Source of the DNA: an uncultured delta proteobacterium | GTDB taxonomy: Bacteria; Desulfobacterota; Binatia; UBA9968 | DNA length: 64,000 nucleotides | Assembly: GCA_963737905.1 (NCBI GenBank) | Contig: CAVTUQ010000002.1 | Coordinates: forward strand, 608,001 to 672,000 | Direction: 5' to 3' | Shown here: positions 10,794 to 21,541 of the stretch, piece after piece | How the letters are laid out: each line of letters begins with the position of its first letter | Position numbering within the stretch: position 1 is the first letter of the stretch | Notes under the pieces: model-generated | What the model saw: only the letters and a program-made list of their open reading frames with translations | Told to the model about the DNA's origin: nothing | The model's database searches: none | Program-made: the position numbers and the translations under genes

Positions 10794-11552
10794 ATGTGGA
10801 ATCTAATCGGACCAGCGGGAACATTCGCCATCATCGTCATCATCCTGCTCATCAGCGGGATCAAAATCCTAAAAGAATACGAGCGTGCTGTGATCTTTCG
10901 GCTGGGGCGCATGGTTACCCCTCGTGGCCCAGGCATTACCTATGTAATTCCGCTCGTCGAAAAAATGGTCCGCCTAGACCTTCGGACGGTTACATTGGAC
11001 GTGCCACCGCAGGATGTCATTACCCGAGACAATGTCTCCGTTAAAGTCAGCGCGGTCCTCTATTTCAGAGTCATCGATCCCAACCGGGCGATCCGCGAGG
11101 TACAGAACTATCTCTTCGCCACATCGCAACTCGCCCAGGTGACACTGCGAAGTGTCTGCGGCCAGGCAGAATTGGATGAGCTGCTCGCGGAACGGGAAAA
11201 GATGAACACCCGAATCCAGGAGATCCTCGATGCCGAGACCGAACCCTGGGGCATTAAGGTTGTCCTGGTAGAGATTAGGGACATCGATCTGCCCCAGGAA
11301 ATGCAGCGCGCCATGGCCAAACAGGCGGAAGCGGAAAGAGAAAGACGAGCCAAGGTGATCCATGCAGACGGTGAGTTCCAGGCCTCCGAAAAACTCGCCG
11401 CCGCGGCGGAAGTCATCGCCAAAGAACCCAGTGCCATGCACCTCAGATTCTTACAGAGCCTGGTTCAGGTGGCGGCGGAAAACAACCACACGGTTGTCTT
11501 GCCTATTCCCCTGGATCTCATTGCGAGTTTTCTCGACCAAAGGCGAGGATAG
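10794..11552 (+). CDS. SPFH/stomatin-like (slipin) membrane protein
   Basis: N-terminal TM; [27 protein letters not shown] and [11 protein letters not shown] motifs. Confidence 0.95.
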   Translation: MWNLIGPAGTFAIIVIILLISGIKILKEYERAVIFRLGRMVTPRGPGITYVIPLVEKMVRLDLRTVTLDVPPQDVITRDNVSVKVSAVLYFRVIDPNRAIREVQNYLFATSQLAQVTLRSVCGQAELDELLAEREKMNTRIQEILDAETEPWGIKVVLVEIRDIDLPQEMQRAMAKQAEAERERRAKVIHADGEFQASEKLAAAAEVIAKEPSAMHLRFLQSLVQVAAENNHTVVLPIPLDLIASFLDQRRG

Positions 11553-11813
11553 ATCGAGCAAAGCGTCGAAGATAGCGGGCACAGAAGCAATGAGTCTCAA
11601 GAAGTTGCAAGCGGAGAGCCCGCTGGATCAAACAACAACTCGCCGGCGGCAAAGATGTCTTTGCTTATTTCAATAACGACGCACAAGGTTACGCTGTGGA
11701 AAGCGCGGCGGAACTTTGACGCTACCTCGGGGATTATAGGGCTTGATAACGTAAGTTCTGAACAAGAGAGATTAATCGCCAATGGTTATAAGTTCGTTGT
11801 GAGCGTCACATTT

Positions 11814-12638
11814 ATGTGGTTTTTCCTCAAGACTACAGTTCACAATTTTTTCCAAGACAATGGCTTCTTTCTCGCCATGGGCTTGGCGTTCAATTTGCTG
11901 CTCTATTTTATACCGCTCGGTCTGCTGCTGATCTCGCTCCTCGGATATACCTTTCTCGATTCGGAACGAGCAATGATGGAAGTCCATTCGGTAGTGCGAC
12001 AGTTTCTCCCGCGGTCGGAGCAAGCATTTGCCGACAACCTTGCGGCAATCGTTACCAACCGCGGCCTGTTAGGAGTCGTAGGATCTATCTCTTTTTTGAT
12101 TTTCAGCAGCACGTTATTTGGTTCGGTGCGTCATGTCCTCAACATCGTCTTCAAAGCGCAGACAAGACGCGGTTTCATCAGTGGACTATTCCGGGACTTC
12201 CTTCTGATGTTGATCACGGCAATCCTCTTAGTGCTGTCGATCGGCGCCGGAACGCTGTTAGCGCTGGTTCGAACCATCGGTATCGAGCGCCTCCCGGTAG
12301 CCGCACCGATGGTTGAATTTGTTTGGGGCGTCACGGGTAAACTCATCGCGCTGGGATTGTTAGCCAGCCTGTTCTACGTTTTCTATGGCTACGCTCCCGC
12401 CCGCGCGTTATCTCGGAGATCCTTATTCGTGGCATCACTCAGTGCGACGATCCTCTTCGAGCTCGCCCGTTGGGGCTTCGCCTGGTACGTTGCCTTCGCG
12501 CACGAAGCTCTCGCGCTGTACGGTGTCCTCGGTGGTTTGATGTTTTTTTTCTTTTGGCTGTACTACGCCTCATTGGTCTTCGTTCTCGGAGCCGAAATGG
12601 GCTTTGCTTGTGAACAAACCCGTCCACTCAAGGCTTAG
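11814..12638 (+). CDS. YihY/BrkB-family inner membrane protein (start uncertain; ORF opens at 11655)
   Basis: Six hydrophobic segments; LYGVLGG..FFFWLYY..LVFVLGAE C-terminal signature. Confidence 0.85.
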   Translation: MWFFLKTTVHNFFQDNGFFLAMGLAFNLLLYFIPLGLLLISLLGYTFLDSERAMMEVHSVVRQFLPRSEQAFADNLAAIVTNRGLLGVVGSISFLIFSSTLFGSVRHVLNIVFKAQTRRGFISGLFRDFLLMLITAILLVLSIGAGTLLALVRTIGIERLPVAAPMVEFVWGVTGKLIALGLLASLFYVFYGYAPARALSRRSLFVASLSATILFELARWGFAWYVAFAHEALALYGVLGGLMFFFFWLYYASLVFVLGAEMGFACEQTRPLKA

Positions 12639-12790
12639 CTCACGGCTGAAATTTTTGGTTCCCTTTTTTGCAAGACTGCCGTGACCTCATCATCAGAAAC
12701 TGGGAAAAGTCCCTGAAGAAGCCACGGCACCAACGGGTTTTTTTCGGTTCGCTGCCGCGTATCGAGCGCGCCACTTTCGCAGGTGGTTTC
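12638..12790 (-). pseudogene. C-terminal remnant of a COG1926-type phosphoribosyltransferase
   Basis: Across frameshifts reads ...GAVGFF.RDF..VSDDEVTAVL, matching the F.AVG..Y.DF.QVSDDEV C-terminal motif of this family. Confidence 0.55.
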
Positions 12791-12819
12791 GGAAACAGCG
12801 CCCGGACCTGGCCTCTGGC

Positions 12820-13046
12820 CGGAGATCCACTCCAATTCCTCGCCAGTCAATCGAAGATTCTCGAGAAATGTCAACGCCTGCTTCAATCCCGCTGCCACAG
12901 AAAGTTGCGTTTGGACGGTAACTTCCGGATAAAGAATTCGAATACCGCCGTATCCTCCATCCCCTGATCGAAGTAAGCTTGGAGCATCGTCAACTGTTAG
13001 AGATCCGTTAGGAAACGCTCGTTGGTGTGTTCGGGTCGCTAATCAT
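12820..13046 (-). pseudogene. pncB: Nicotinate phosphoribosyltransferase N-terminal remnant
   Basis: LTDL*QLTMLQAYFDQGMEDTAVFEFFIRKLPSKRNF/VAAGLKQALTFLENLRLTGEELEWI is the PncB N-terminus (LTDLYQLTM) with an in-frame TAA, frameshifts and truncation. Confidence 0.88.
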
Positions 13047-13085
13047 AACACCGCTACCCTTTTAATCGCCCTACCCCAGATATGC

Positions 13086-13100
13086 GCACATCATATGCCA
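13086..13100 (-). promoter_or_regulatory. Candidate sigma54 (-24/-12) promoter upstream of the pncB remnant
   Basis: Minus strand TGGCATATGATGTGC = GG-N10-GC, about 40 nt upstream of the ATG at 13046. Confidence 0.5.
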
Positions 13101-13232
13101 CCAATAAGCCTCGCTCTTATTACCTTAACTATCGAATCAGCCTCAATATTTCCCCGCATTAAAGAAAACGTGAGAGCCGGCTGTCAAGGTTGTAAAAAAG
13201 ACCGCGGAGTAGTGAAAACCCCTCTAACTACC

Positions 13233-13261
13233 TTGACACGTACGCATGACAGCCTTATCTT
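13233..13261 (+). promoter_or_regulatory. Candidate sigma70 promoter for the sigma factor gene
   Basis: TTGACA-17 nt-TATCTT. Confidence 0.55.
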
Positions 13262-13461
13262 GGAAGGTGCGGTATTGGACCTATCGTAGACGCGATTAAA
13301 GCTTCAATTACCTTTCCTAACAAATATCAACCTTGATTACAGCCTGGTAATTCGTTTCTGGGGTCTGACCGATAAAAATTGAGCGTCTAACGGATGAGGA
13401 AGGGGGTTTGCACCCAATGGGAAAAGGCGCTTTAACGGGTGAGAACCAAAAGGAGAAGGCA

Positions 13462-14997
13462 ATGTCGGTAAATTTGGACATAGAGAGAACGACGGATGAG
13501 GTTCTAGATAACCCCGAAACCGAACTGGACACATCGAGCGACAGGGAGCCTGAGTTTGCGGCTGACGTCGATTCCAGCGATGAATCCCAAGGGGAGGAGC
13601 CTTCGGAACGTGAGGAGGTAGGAGCAAATTTTAGTTCCATTCAGCAATACTTGCATGAGATCGGCTCCGTCCCTCTGCTGAACCGCGAGCGCGAGACTCA
13701 ACTCGCGATGCAGATGGAACGGGGTAAGAATCAGATCCTTCAAGCGCTCTGGTCGATACCGACGGTGCTGCATCACGTGCTCGACCTGGGAAATGCGATT
13801 GCGAGCGGGGATCTCGATCTTCGCACGGTTATAGACAAAGCCGATACCGACGCGGAGGACGGCGAGGAAATTCTCGATCCAAAGCCCTTCCTCAAACTGA
13901 TCGGTAAGCTACGCAAGTTACATGAGACTGCAGAACAATACCGGCGGGAATTAAAACGTAGTCGTCTGTCGAAGCAACGGCAGGCCCTTTTGACGCAGAA
14001 ACAATCCCGTCTAACGGAAAAAATTTGCGCGCTGATGAAGGACCTACGCCTTTCGTCGAGCCGGGTCGAGGAAATGGTTCAGCAATTGAAACGTTCCGCC
14101 GAGCGTCTGGCAGCTTTGGACCGGCAAGCAGGGTCCTCTCCAAGAGCAAATCGTCATGCAATACTGGCCGAGATAAGGATTATAGAGGAGAAAATTGGCC
14201 TGCCAGCTGCGGAGATCAAGACCCAAGTAGGTTTCATCCAAGAAGGTGAAGCCCTGGTAAACATTGCAAAGAAGGAGTTTACGGAAGCCAACTTGCGTCT
14301 GGTGGTGAGCATCGCCAAAAAGTATATCAACCGGGGTTTGGGTTTTTTGGACCTCATTCAGGAAGGTAATCTGGGATTGATGCGAGCGGTCGAGAAATTC
14401 GATTACCGGCTCGGCTTCCGGTTTTCTACCTATGCGAGTTGGTGGATTCGCCAGGGCATCACACGGGGCCTCATCGACACGGGACGGACTATTCGCATTC
14501 CCGTCCACAGGGTGGAGCTACGTAATAAAATCATCCAGACAGCCCAACGATTGCAGCGAAAACTCGATCGCGAGCCAAGACCTGACGAGCTCGCCAAGGC
14601 GATGCGAATGTCGGTGTCGGAGCTGCTTAGAGTCATCCAGGTTCAAGGGGAGCCGGCCTCACTGCAAACCCCGGTTTGGGAGGATGGTGACGAACTTGGA
14701 GACTTTGTCGAAGATCGGATCAATAGGCGCCCCGAAGAGGAGGCCATGGAGGGGTCGCTGCGCAGAGATGTAAAGAAGGCCCTCGCCATCCTTACCCCAC
14801 GGCAGGAAAAGGTATTGCGCATGCGCTTCGGTATCGAGGAGAAGCGCGACTACACGCTGGAGGAGCTCGGCGAAATGTTTACGGTTACCCGGGAGCGCAT
14901 TCGCCAAATCGAGCAGAAGTCGCTACAGATACTCCGTAACCCCCATCGGCGGAGACCGCTTCCATCAGCTCGCGTAGTCGATACCATGGCCGTTTAG
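13462..14997 (+). CDS. RpoD/SigA-like sigma-70 factor paralogue (lacks a typical region 1.1)
   Basis: AAGGAG RBS; region 1.2 [11 protein letters not shown], long non-conserved region, [50 protein letters not shown]. Confidence 0.92.
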   Translation: MSVNLDIERTTDEVLDNPETELDTSSDREPEFAADVDSSDESQGEEPSEREEVGANFSSIQQYLHEIGSVPLLNRERETQLAMQMERGKNQILQALWSIPTVLHHVLDLGNAIASGDLDLRTVIDKADTDAEDGEEILDPKPFLKLIGKLRKLHETAEQYRRELKRSRLSKQRQALLTQKQSRLTEKICALMKDLRLSSSRVEEMVQQLKRSAERLAALDRQAGSSPRANRHAILAEIRIIEEKIGLPAAEIKTQVGFIQEGEALVNIAKKEFTEANLRLVVSIAKKYINRGLGFLDLIQEGNLGLMRAVEKFDYRLGFRFSTYASWWIRQGITRGLIDTGRTIRIPVHRVELRNKIIQTAQRLQRKLDREPRPDELAKAMRMSVSELLRVIQVQGEPASLQTPVWEDGDELGDFVEDRINRRPEEEAMEGSLRRDVKKALAILTPRQEKVLRMRFGIEEKRDYTLEELGEMFTVTRERIRQIEQKSLQILRNPHRRRPLPSARVVDTMAV

Positions 14998-15061
14998 ATT
15001 CGGCATCTAGGCGCGACTAATTTTGCACAAGCCCGAACATTCCATACCCTGCCTATTTTGT

Positions 15062-15328
15062 CGGTGCGTAGGAAGCAGCGCATCGGCATCATCCACGTCG
15101 ATGGGCAAGAACGGCGCCCACACTTTGCCTTCGCCCTGAGATGGTCGACTGGGACTCTTGAACGCTCATATAACTGAGCACTTCATCGGAATAGAATAAG
15201 TAAGTCGCATAGCAGCCGTAGCGGTTAAAGGATTCCGCCAGTTTCGGGACTTCGTCAATCGAAACTATATGGTTGCGAAAGCCTTTCTGATAATGGGTGG
15301 CGAAGTCGACGAGGTTAAATTTCCTCAT
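15062..15328 (-). pseudogene. N-terminal remnant of a probable archaeo-eukaryotic primase/PrimPol-like protein
   Basis: MRKFNLVDFA..RNHIVS..YATYLFY..TISG, then after a frameshift EGKVWAPFLPIDVDD (hhhDhD, AEP motif I-like); truncated. Confidence 0.5.
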
Positions 15329-15415
15329 AATTTAATTATACAGCCCATGAATCCCTTCTCCAGACCCGACTGCCGACGTGTGCAGTTTGGCCTTCAGGGA
15401 TGATAAGCTACTTGT

Positions 15416-16540
15416 GTGGCCGGAGTAGAAGCAGGAGGAGAGCTCGCGTCTGAATGGATAATTCAGAACGGCACTTGCTTCATGATCTTCGCCTACGATG
15501 CTGCACGCTCAATCAATCTTGAGTTGGCAGAGCGGCGGGTCCACGAGGCAACGCAGCGTCAAACGATGCCCCACAAACGGCGCGCTCCCAGCTATTTCGA
15601 ATACCAGCCGCCGCCGCTGCGGGTTAGCCAAGACACGGAACCGATTCATGCCGGCAAATTTTCCGGACGCGCGAGCGTGGATCTTTTGATCTACGATTTT
15701 GGCGCGGTGACCGTGACCTATAGTTTTCCCATCAATGGACCGTTTATTGATCTGCTTCAGCTCAGCGAGGAACTTTACGATAATGAGTTCTTGCTTTCCG
15801 CTTCGCACTTCCGGGTAAGCCAGCTGCTCAATGTGATGGGAGAGGCAGCCAACCAAGCCAGCATGGCCCCCGTCGTGGAAGATTACGTAGTCTTCCATAT
15901 TGAATCCTTCACCCAACCTTTTGACGCCAACCGTTTCTGCTCCGCAGAACGCCGGCAGATCGCTCAGATTCTTCGCGCCGAACGGCAGACTCTCTCCGAT
16001 CAAGAAGTCGACGATGCCATCGCAGCCCGGATATCCTTCGGTATCCAGGATCTCACCATTGTGGATTGGAACGCCGCCTTACTGATCGACCGCGAAGGGG
16101 AGGACATTCGAGCCGTTTTGGACTTCGCGAATGTCGAGCTGCTGGAAATGCGCTATCTGGATCAGCGCCTGGATCGTGCGATGGACCAGGCCTATGACAC
16201 ACTCTCACACTCGTCCTTAAATCTGTTACGAGTTTTCGGCTATTACAGCGCCGCGCTGCGCCGCGTTGCGGAGCTTCAGGTGGACAACGCCATCCTCTTC
16301 GAAGGCGTCAACAACACGCTCAAGCTCTTGGGCGATCAATACCTAGCGCGGGTTTATCGCTTGGTGAATCGGCGATTTCACCTCGACGAATGGGACGCGA
16401 GCATTTTGCGCAAGCTTCAGACCCTTGAGAGCATCTACGAAAAAATCTCCAACCAAGCCACCAATCGCCGGATGGAAATACTTGAATGGGTCATCATCAT
16501 TTTGATCGCCGCATCTATTGCCCTTGAGTTCCGTCACTAG
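15416..16540 (+). CDS. Conserved hypothetical protein, RMD1/DUF155-like, with C-terminal TM
   Basis: ANVELLEMRYLD, GDQYLARVY, RKLQTLESIY and LEWVIIILIA. Confidence 0.6.
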   Translation: MAGVEAGGELASEWIIQNGTCFMIFAYDAARSINLELAERRVHEATQRQTMPHKRRAPSYFEYQPPPLRVSQDTEPIHAGKFSGRASVDLLIYDFGAVTVTYSFPINGPFIDLLQLSEELYDNEFLLSASHFRVSQLLNVMGEAANQASMAPVVEDYVVFHIESFTQPFDANRFCSAERRQIAQILRAERQTLSDQEVDDAIAARISFGIQDLTIVDWNAALLIDREGEDIRAVLDFANVELLEMRYLDQRLDRAMDQAYDTLSHSSLNLLRVFGYYSAALRRVAELQVDNAILFEGVNNTLKLLGDQYLARVYRLVNRRFHLDEWDASILRKLQTLESIYEKISNQATNRRMEILEWVIIILIAASIALEFRH

Positions 16541-16621
16541 GCCATACTATTCGTGCACCGAGCGGCCCGATTGCCCGGAGCTGAAAAATCGGCCATAGTC
16601 CATGCTTAAGAGAGCAGATAT

Positions 16622-18697
16622 ATGAACGAAAAGGCGGATTTCTTTAACCTTTATAACCACGGCTTTATCCGGGTCGCGGTGGGAACCCCTGAAGTGCGCG
16701 TCGCCGACCCGGCCTTCAACGGGGCCCGGACCGTCGAACTTATAGAAAAGGCCGAGCGCGAGAAGGCCGTCCTGGCGCTTTTTCCGGAATTGGGCCTCAC
16801 CTCGTATTCCTGCGAGGACCTATTCCATCAACAAGCATTACTCAATAGCGCGCTCGAAGCCTTGAGTGGGATCTTGCAGGCATCCGAAACTTTAAATCTG
16901 ATTGCCGTGGTCGGCATGCCGCTGCAAGTGGACCATTTGCTGTTTAACTGCGCGGTTGTCCTCCATCGCGGGAAGATCCTAGGCATCGTTCCCAAGACGT
17001 TTCTGCCTAATTATCGCGAGTTCTACGAATACCGGCAGTTCGCGCCTGCAGCGGCGGCCCACAGCACAATCGTTGATGTGCTCGGACAGGCCGAGATTCC
17101 TTTCGGGGAGCGACTTCTCTTTCAGTGCCAAGAGGAATACCGGTTTACGTTCTTTGTGGAGATCTGTGAGGATCTCTGGGTACCTATTTCGCCATCCTCC
17201 GGCGCTGCTCTAGCCGGCGCCACAGTCATCTTGAATCTTTCGGCATCCAACATCACAATTGCCAAGGACGAGTACCGCCACAGCTTAGTCGCCACCCAGT
17301 CCGCCCGCTGTCTCGCGGCCTATCTCTATACCGCGGCCGGGACGGGCGAATCGACCACCGATCTTGCCTGGGACGGGCATGCTCTAGTTTACGAGAACGG
17401 CGACCCGGTCGCTGAATCGGAACGATTTCGTTACGACTCTCAGCTTATAGTAGCAGAGCTGGATTTGGAGCGGCTCATCCTGGAGCGCATGCGCCAGAAC
17501 AGCTTCGGTCAGAGCATACAGCGCCACCAAGAAGAGCTGCACCGGTTCAGAACGGTTAGCTTCAACATCGAGCTGCCGAATGCGGGTCGCCTGCTCTGCC
17601 GGCGGTTGTATGATCGCTTTCCTTATGTGCCGTCGGATCCCGCGCTCCGCGATCGGCGCTGTTATGAAGCTTACAACATTCAAGTGCAGGGAATCGTAAA
17701 GCGGCTCCAGAGCTCCGGAGTATCGAAACTGGTTATCGGGATCTCCGGCGGGCTGGATTCAACCCATGCCTTGATCGTAGCCGCCCGGGCAATGGACGTG
17801 CTGAAACTGCCGCGCTCCAACATTCTGGCCTATACGATGCCGGGTTTTGCAACCAGCCAGCGCACCATGGCGAACGCCAAAACTCTCATGGTCGCCCTGG
17901 GTTGTGCCGCGCATGAGCTTGACATACGCCCGGCGTGCGAGCAGATGCTCCGCGACATCAATCACCCTTACGCGCGGGGAGAACCGGTTTACGACATCAC
18001 CTTTGAAAACGTCCAGGCAGGAGAACGGACCAACCATTTGTTCCGACTTGCCAATCTCCACCAGGGATTGGTGCTCGGAACCAGCGATCTCAGCGAACTC
18101 GCTCTGGGTTGGTGCACCTATGGCGTGGGAGATCACATGTCCCATTACAGCATCAACGCCAGCGTTCCCAAGACACTGATCCAGTTTCTGATTCGCTGGG
18201 CTGCGGACACGAACCAGCTGGGTGAAAAAGCCAGCCGGGTCTTGCGCTCCATCCTCGAGACTGAATTCAGCCCGGAACTTATTCCCGGGGATCCCAACGG
18301 CGAGCAGCCCACCCAGAGAACCGAAGATGTTATCGGCCCCTATGAGCTTCAGGATTTTAACCTCTACTACACTACCCGTTTTGGCTATCTGCCTTCCAAG
18401 ATTGCATTCCTTTCCTACTGTTCTTGGAAAGATCGCGCTCTAGGCCAATGGCCGGATATCCCCGAAGCAAGACGACATAAATATACCCTCCCGGAAATCA
18501 AGCGTTGGCTCTCCGTCTTCGCCTTGCGTTTTTTCCAGCTAAGTCAGTTCAAACGAAGTTGCATACCCAATGCGCCAAAGGTCGGTTCCGGCGGTTCTTT
18601 GTCTCCACGCGGAGATTATCGGGCACCCAGCGACAGTGAAGCGACTGCCTGGCTTCAAGAAATCAGCCAGATTCCCGATCAGGATCCCGAAACGTAA
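16622..18697 (+). CDS. nadE: Glutamine-dependent NAD+ synthetase
   Basis: Nitrilase domain ([24 protein letters not shown]) plus synthetase domain ([20 protein letters not shown]). Confidence 0.96.
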   Translation: MNEKADFFNLYNHGFIRVAVGTPEVRVADPAFNGARTVELIEKAEREKAVLALFPELGLTSYSCEDLFHQQALLNSALEALSGILQASETLNLIAVVGMPLQVDHLLFNCAVVLHRGKILGIVPKTFLPNYREFYEYRQFAPAAAAHSTIVDVLGQAEIPFGERLLFQCQEEYRFTFFVEICEDLWVPISPSSGAALAGATVILNLSASNITIAKDEYRHSLVATQSARCLAAYLYTAAGTGESTTDLAWDGHALVYENGDPVAESERFRYDSQLIVAELDLERLILERMRQNSFGQSIQRHQEELHRFRTVSFNIELPNAGRLLCRRLYDRFPYVPSDPALRDRRCYEAYNIQVQGIVKRLQSSGVSKLVIGISGGLDSTHALIVAARAMDVLKLPRSNILAYTMPGFATSQRTMANAKTLMVALGCAAHELDIRPACEQMLRDINHPYARGEPVYDITFENVQAGERTNHLFRLANLHQGLVLGTSDLSELALGWCTYGVGDHMSHYSINASVPKTLIQFLIRWAADTNQLGEKASRVLRSILETEFSPELIPGDPNGEQPTQRTEDVIGPYELQDFNLYYTTRFGYLPSKIAFLSYCSWKDRALGQWPDIPEARRHKYTLPEIKRWLSVFALRFFQLSQFKRSCIPNAPKVGSGGSLSPRGDYRAPSDSEATAWLQEISQIPDQDPET

Positions 18698-18730
18698 TTT
18701 TAGGATAAGAAAGAGATCGAAAAATTGTGC

Positions 18731-18808
18731 CTCGCGCAAAGGCGCAAAGGGCGTCAAGAAAGAAGACAAGTAAAATTTTCTTCGCGTTCTTGGCGTCTTG
18801 GCGCGATA
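18731..18808. repeat. Palindromic REP-like element built from octamer repeats
   Basis: TCGCGCAAAGGCGCAAAG ... CTTGGCGTCTTGGCGCGA: 15/18 inverted match around an A/T-rich spacer, just downstream of nadE. Confidence 0.7.
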
Positions 18809-19136
18809 GAGTCTTTGGCACCGCGTGGTTGGGCCAGCTGATCTGTAAAAATCATTTGCGGGAGCGGTTGCTTTGGGCTGGAACGCAGAGGAGTCTTTTG
18901 AAATTCAAACTCATACGCTTCCTCCCGGTTTTGTCCTCCATTTGATACTGCCGCAAATCCAACTTACGGGCAGCAGGTCAGCACCTATAGCGTAGACTTC
19001 AAAAGGCCATCCACCTCGAAGCGAATTTCACTCTTGCAATACAAAGAAAAGTAGACTTATAGTCGGCCCGTCCCGATCGATTGATCTCTGTAACTGACGC
19101 AGCGTTTACGCACGACGGATTGGTAGGAATCGAAGC

Positions 19137-19841
19137 ATGTTAACGCGGTCTTCATTGCTTAGCCTCCTCCTAATTCTCACCATAGGATTCGTGGTGACGA
19201 AAACCTATTGGCTGTGGACGAGCGGCCCTTGGGATCTTCCAAGTCCGAGAAAGGCTAAGTCACCGATCGTCGGCGAAGACGCCAAAGCAGTTATTAATCC
19301 GCGACCGATAGTTGGGACGGAGACCATTATCAGCAAAAACCTATTCGATCCGGAACGGGGAGCGGGGCTGACCCGGCAAACGGAGGCGAATTCCCAGGCC
19401 TTTCAACGAATACGAAGCATGGTGCTATTGGGTACTGCCATACTTGGGAACAACCGATTTGCGATTCTGCAGGATGGAGGATCTTCCTCGGGCGCGCCGA
19501 GAATCGCCGATCAATCGATCGCGCCTATGCGTATCAAACTCGGGGATACGGTTGAGGGATTCAGGTTGTCAGAAGTTTCGGAAAAAAGAGTTGTTTTTGC
19601 CAAGGGAACTGCGACCGTGGAAGTTCCGCTCGATTATTTTCGCAAAACCGACATAGCTCAGCCACCAGGATCAGTAGCGGCGCAAACAAGTCCGGCGGGA
19701 CAAGCGGCTGCGCCCGGAGCTGTCGCGCCCAGAGTTATTACACCAGGACAACCAAATGTGGACCGGGGTGTGCCAGAGCGACGTGCCAGGAGGGCGAGTG
19801 CCGAGGGCTACTTTACCGCGGCGAGAGCGCCAACAGGCTGA
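19137..19841 (+). CDS. GspC/PilP-like (type II secretion protein C/N-like) membrane-anchored protein; 3' end possibly damaged
   Basis: N-terminal TM; IISKNLFDPER, MVLLGTAILG..FAIL and GDTVEGFRLSEV..RVVF pattern. TTGCAA-18-TATAGT lies upstream at 19034-19063. Confidence 0.55.
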   Translation: MLTRSSLLSLLLILTIGFVVTKTYWLWTSGPWDLPSPRKAKSPIVGEDAKAVINPRPIVGTETIISKNLFDPERGAGLTRQTEANSQAFQRIRSMVLLGTAILGNNRFAILQDGGSSSGAPRIADQSIAPMRIKLGDTVEGFRLSEVSEKRVVFAKGTATVEVPLDYFRKTDIAQPPGSVAAQTSPAGQAAAPGAVAPRVITPGQPNVDRGVPERRARRASAEGYFTAARAPTG

Positions 19842-19899
19842 AAACGAGTAACACGGCCGTTAGCTCCGCCGACAGAATGCATCATCGCGCTCCGCGGGC

Positions 19900-20880
19900 G
19901 CAACCTCAGCAGGTGAGCGGCCCCGGCGTTGAAGGACAATCGGCGGTCTTCAATCCTTCCAGCTTGCCGTTGACGAATTGTCCTTCGTAGCGCGCACCCT
20001 TGGCGCTTATGTAAACGCCTGGGCCATGGGCTTTTCCTTCCTTGAAGCTTCCATCCAGGCGTGCGCTGCACCGGCGCGGAATTCAACGGGTTGCCGAACT
20101 GCTGGCACGCCCCTCTGTTGGTTGCGTTACCGGTGCCATGCTGGATGCTGGACATAAAATAATTACGCGTGAACGGCGAATCGGGAAGGCCAGCGCTGCC
20201 GTCCGGCTGGGTATGCACTAACGAGGCCGTTTTGACCCAGTACCAGTACTCGTTGGCGGAATAGATCTCAACTCCGAACGCGCACGTATTGGTCATCTGA
20301 CATGCGTCATACCGGCTGGCGGTAATGCCCGTGAACGGATCGGTGGTTCTCACGTTGGCGAACGGAAAAAGGTTTTCGGCATATAGGTGATCCTGGCGGT
20401 TGCGCTCGGTGCGGCCAGACTGCGAGAACCGGTAGTTCATGCCGATACCGCTGCCTACCGAGATCCATTGCATGTGGCCGTCGAACACCTTTCTGCCGAT
20501 TCTGCCGCAATCGTCTTCGTTGAAGCCGAGATTTCGGAAGTCGTTGAAGAAACGGCCGGGTTGCGAGTATATTTCGGTATAGATCCGGGTGATGTGGTTT
20601 AGCCAGCGGGTTGCGCGTGCCGGAGTCATCCTCTGCCTCGTAGCGCAACCATGAAACCCAGTCGCGAACGGCAGCGAAGCCCAGACCGGCTACAGCCGGA
20701 TCCTTGGCCGTGTAGGAGAACTCATAGATGTCATTGGCGACGAAGTTCCCTCCCGCCAAGCTGGTTGCCGTTCCGCCAGCGTTGTAATTCCAACCCGAAG
20801 GCGGAACGACTTCCGGCGAGTCGTCGAGGTGAACGCGATGGGTCAACTTGGCCGTGGTTTTGTCCGAGGTTGCCGCTAGA
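19900..20880 (-). pseudogene. Fragment of a secreted alpha/beta-hydrolase-domain protein
   Basis: YEFSYTAKDPAVAGLGFAAVRDWVSWLRY, SQPGRFFNDF..LGFNED, NYRFSQSGRT and NEYWYWVK (6-nt duplication); frameshifted and truncated at both ends. Confidence 0.7.
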
Positions 20881-21063
20881 TACCTCAAGGTGAACGAAGC
20901 GGCCGAGCTTACGATTTATTCGTACGCCTTTCTGCTTCAAAATTTTTTTCGTTGATCTTGAAGCAAATATCGAGTGGCTCACGAAGCGAAGGATCTGTAA
21001 CGTGGTCAGCACTCACCAGCTCACCGGGCCCGGAGTTAAAGGCGGCCCGGACTTATTCCCAAT

Positions 21064-21456
21064 TTACTTGCCGACCAAGGAAACCGACTCCAATTCCTCG
21101 CCGCTGGGAAGTGTGATGCGCGCCCTCAACCTGTCTCCCGGAACGGGCTTGAGACCCGTCGCCGTAAACTTGTTTTCACCCGCCGAGATCAACTTCACCT
21201 CCTGCCCGGGACGCTGCGGAGCGATGAGCGTCAACGCCCCCTTGACGCCCGTGGTCGCAATCGGCTTGCCTTCTTCGCTCTCGACGTACAGCGTGACGGT
21301 TCCCTTCTCCACGACGAACTCGATCACGATCTCGTCGTCGCCACGGCCTACGGTTCCGCCGTGCTTCGGATTGTGGTCGCCGTGTGCATAAGCGCTTCCG
21401 AAAGCGATTAGATTGAACCCCAAAGCAAATACTACGGCGAACGTTTTCACTTGCAT
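21064..21456 (-). CDS. Small periplasmic His-motif (putative metal-binding) protein
   Basis: Signal peptide ending AYA followed by HGDHNPKHGG; beta-rich body. Confidence 0.7.
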   Translation of the reverse strand: MQVKTFAVVFALGFNLIAFGSAYAHGDHNPKHGGTVGRGDDEIVIEFVVEKGTVTLYVESEEGKPIATTGVKGALTLIAPQRPGQEVKLISAGENKFTATGLKPVPGDRLRARITLPSGEELESVSLVGK

Positions 21457-21484
21457 CCCCCTGCCTTGTATTGTTGAAACATAC

Positions 21485-21514
21485 ACAAGAGGCGGCCCGG
21501 AGGCCGCCTCTTGT
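21485..21514. terminator. GC-rich stem-loop between the LVIVD gene and the His-motif gene
   Basis: ACAAGAGGCGGCC-cgga-GGCCGCCTCTTGT perfect 13-bp stem. Confidence 0.6.
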
Positions 21515-21541
21515 TCGCTCCATTGCGCCTAGAGCAAGTTG

